A stretch of DNA of 39,250 bases from Ministeria vibrans ATCC 50519. Taxonomy: Eukaryota; Protista; Filasterea. Below are positions 36,013 to 39,250 of this stretch, piece after piece. How positions within the stretch are numbered: the stretch's first letter is position 1; every line of letters starts with the position of its first letter. Location of the stretch: contig CALSCP010001243.1 in the NCBI GenBank assembly GCA_943704425.1, positions 1-39,250 of the forward strand. Reading direction: 5' to 3'. The notes below the pieces were generated by a model. That model was not told the DNA's origin and ran no database searches. It worked only from the letters and a program-made list of their open reading frames with translations. Made by a program: the position numbers and the translations under genes.

Positions 36013-36639
36013 TGAAAGAATCACCAAAAATGGTGCGAAAGAGCACGATACAGCGCATTGAGCACAATCAGTGATTGACCTGACTGCCGACCTGCTCGGT
36101 GATATGCATAGTAATTCGCGAGAAGGTTGTAAACTGTATATAAAACTGTGAAACGGCAAATGAACACAAACGGCTTCTTCAGAAAGACATAACCACACGA
36201 CTGGCAGCTGGGAGTTCCTGGTGGGAGGGGTGTGTCTGCGTGGGGCTTACACTCTAAGAGCACGAGCAGCGAGAATGACAGAACTCGGAAAACANNNNNN
36301 NNNNNNNNNNNNNNNNNNNNNNNNNNNNNNNNNNNNNNNNNNNNNNNNNNNNNNNNNNNNNNNNNNNNNNNNNNNNNNNNNNNNNNNNNNNNNNNNNNNN
36401 NNNNNNNNNNNNNNNNNNNNNNNNNNNNNNNNNNNNNNNNNNNNNNNNNNNNNNNNNNNNNNNNNNNNNNNNNNNNNNNNNNNNNNNNNNNNNNNNNNNN
36501 NNNNNNNNNNNNNNNNNNNNNNNNNNNNNNNNNNNNNNNNNNNNNNNNNNNNNNNNNNNNNNNNNNNNNNNNNNNNNNNNNNNNNNNNNNNNNNNNNNNN
36601 NNNNNNNNNNNNNNNNNNNNNNNNNNNNNNNNNNNNNNN

Positions 36640-37099
36640 AGGGGTGGTGTTGGCAGGGGACGGCACGTTGCTGCCTCCCGACAGCCCGTAGCAGTACATC
36701 TGAAGAAACCCCGAAGAAAACGGAAAGAAAACCCCCTTATTAATACGCATTTCTTATGATGCAGTCACCAGGATCAACAGCAAAAGTACGAATACAATCG
36801 CTATCAAGTGAGATAATTACAATGGTACGTTATTAATTCGAAGAAAAGTACGACAAAAGCACAAAATATTAAGAATAATAATAATTATTGTAGCTAGTGC
36901 CATCGTAAATTACGTCTTCAAACTTTCCGTTCGAATGAGTGAGAGTAGAAAGAAAAAACAATTGTGTTCGGCAAAAATAACGCTCCTTTGGCAGTACCTC
37001 AACGCGGCATCGCTGAAAGACAGAAGACGGAAAGGTCGCCTGGCCCGCGAGACCGGGGGCACAAAGCGCAGCGACAAAGAGAGCGATAACAAAACGCAT
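36640..37099 (-). CDS. Small secreted protein, copy 2 (3' part lost in N gap)
   Basis: Exon 37099-36998, then an exon from 36699 identical to copy 1 up to the gap at 36639. Upstream 37150-37260 is homologous to 35845-35950. Confidence 0.75.
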
Positions 37100-37902
37100 A
37101 ATCTAAAAAAAAAAAATAGATAAATTTAATATTATTAATAGGACAACGGAAGTGACGATGAAGGGTGCCCATGCGACTGTGCTGCAGACTGCAGGCTGTA
37201 GGCAGTGTAGGATGCACCGCGACACGAGACGGGCAGCTCCGTTGGTGTGTTTCCTTCCCACATTTGAAGGAAATGTCAAAAATAAAACCGACTGAGAAAC
37301 TGAGAGAAGTTCGAGAAAACGACCCGAGAGAGAAAACTGAAGAGAGAATCTCCTAAGTGGTGTGAAAGAGCACAAAGGTTGCCACAGCACAGTTACTGAC
37401 GAGCCGACTGCCGGGCTTGGCCTATACTCAGTCTGCGCAAGCGAGGGAAATCTCCTTCTCCCCTAACCCTTCAGATCTCAGAGCGGGAACTTCGCGTGAA
37501 CGAAACAAGTTCGTTGACAGACGCAATTCTTTGAAGGTGTGCAGTCTGTAGTCTGCATGTACTACTTAGTAGTTAGTCTTGAGTGCTTACACTTTTAGAG
37601 CAGGAGCAGCGAGGACAACGTGAACGGAACTCTGAAAACAAACTGAAAACAAACTGAAAATTTGTTATTGGATCTATATCAGATCAAAGCAGGAAAAAAA
37701 GTATAGATTGTTTGTTCAAGGCTTAGGCTTAACGGTACACAAGGCGTACTGATTAATGATTATGTTAATCTGGGTTTATTCTGGGATAGGGCTGATAGGG
37801 CCGATAGGTGGCTTGGTTTCTGCTTCACTTCTCCGACGAGCGACAGAGGTTTCCTTTCTACTTAGGGACTTCTAACTAAAACTACTTTTTTTTTTTATTC
37901 TT

Positions 37903-38945
37903 ATGACATCATCGGCTCTGAAGCAATTCGCGTTTGTTGTCGAAGGTACGTGAACCCTTTTTCGATGCACGTTCGCCAAGAGACGATTTTTCAGGGAAAC
38001 ACATTGGAGCGGGCGCAGAGATTGTCAGCTTGCCTCGTCCATTGGCCCCAGCAGAGCCGGCGCGATACATGCTGCTTGATGGCTGCAAGCGAGTGCTGGA
38101 AGTGCAGCAAATCAACGAAGGCGCTCGTTTGCCGCGCTCGCTGTTTATCAACGACTCCGTTCAACGCTGTACGCGACTGCTCTGGTGATGTCCACCCGCC
38201 CTCCCCCCTGAGTTTGGCATTGTTGCCTCGTTGAGCAGTCCACCCGCCCTCCCCCCCCCCCTTCACATCCTTGTCGTTCGTCGATGTGGTCTGCCCTTGC
38301 TCACCTGCGTCTTGTCTCCCCCCTTCTTGGTAGCTGGCGTCCTCTACATGGCGACCGTCGTCGATCCGCTCTTTCTCCTCGTCGCCACTCTCCCGTTTGC
38401 CGCGTCGCGCTCCATGTTCACCACTCCCGACCAGCTGCTCTCCTTCAACGAGGAAATCAACGACCGCTTCCCGGCACTCTCCAAGATCGACTTTGCTGCC
38501 GATCAGCTTGCGCTCGTCTGCGACGTCAACGCCGACGGGCCCTTTTACCGCCTGAGCGAGGACAAAATCATCGCGTGGATTGCCAAAAAGGTACTAGAAT
38601 GAAAGGCAGTGAGTGGTCTGACACTGCGCCTCGACAGGTCCAACGACTCAGCGACGCCGTTGCAACGCACAACATCAACACATCTCACAACTCCCACTCG
38701 GCGACGTTTGTCAGTGTTGACGAGTCAGACAAGTCTGAAGAGGCACTCAAAGGTACAAAGATAGAAACACCCAGACAAGACAGAGAGTGTGTGGGAGAGA
38801 GACAGACCAAAGTGATAGTGTGAGACTCTCACTCGACATTTGAATGGGGTTGTTTGTGTCAAGAGGAACGGCTCGTTTTTGCATTTGGAATCATTGGCGA
38901 ATATGTTTCGCGCACTCTTTGCGAAAAGGCAGCAAAAACTCTCAA
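37903..38945 (+). CDS. RNASEH2B: Ribonuclease H2 subunit B, 3'-partial
   Basis: LPRP...ARY...LEVQ...RSLFINDSVQ/..G.LYMATVVDPLFLL...FYRLSEDKIIAWIAKK/V...AFGIIGEYV. The last visible donor is at 38946 and that intron runs off the window. Confidence 0.85.
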
Positions 38946-38994
38946 GTCAGTAACGTTGTCTAATACTGTATTTTGAAGAGTGAATGCCTCACTT

Positions 38995-39189
38995 ACACCC
39001 TCTCTCGCTTTGCTCTTTCTCCTCACTTTGTTCCTTCTCCTCTCTGTTCTTTCTTTTTTTGTTCTATCTCCCTCCTTTTCTATTCTCTCTGTATCACTTT
39101 GTTTCTTTCTCCTCTCTCTCTATCACTTTGTTTCTTTCTCTCTCTCTATCACTTTGTTTCTTTCTCCCTCCTTTCTCCCTCCTCTCTCC

Positions 39190-39250
<61 letters not shown>
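38995..39250. repeat. CT-rich low-complexity region with tatcactttgtttctttctc x3 and terminal (TC)n
   Basis: Read directly. Confidence 0.9.

Noticed and set aside
37395-37450. ctgacga as a possible hammerhead ribozyme core (also ctgatga at ~15463)
   Set aside because: No GAAA after a stem II and no compatible stems I/III.
37632-37810. Short tandem repeats (ctgaaaacaaa x3, gataggg-like x3)
   Set aside because: Ordinary slippage repeats in an intergenic region.

Overview
Gene-dense eukaryotic (protist-like) scaffold with short, mostly 48-200 nt, spliceosomal introns and TTAGGG-type telomeric repeats. It starts and ends in (TC)n and has N gaps at 13621-13933, 28935-28944, 33314-33357 and 36295-36639. 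The left ~15.4 kb looks accessory or subtelomere-like. It holds a ~2055-aa secreted/polytopic membrane protein ending in a degenerate, intron-containing virus/MGE-type SF3 (D5/DUF5906-like) helicase domain, a patch of gene fragments (WD40, USP, TSP1) with an internal (CCCTAA)n join, a lipase-3/TM/GTPase fusion, and a nested array of truncated repeats punctuated by telomeric repeats. The right part is mostly conserved genes: 2OG-Fe(II) oxygenase, Lsi2/ArsB-like transporter, small Cys-rich CaaX protein, N6AMT1, COA7, UTP23, a small PH-domain gene, RUS1, FAIM, an orphan membrane protein, trefoil+DUF5054 hydrolase, HIS3, a tandem pair of small secreted proteins and a partial RNASEH2B. All gene models were spliced by hand and family calls come from motif recognition, not database searches.
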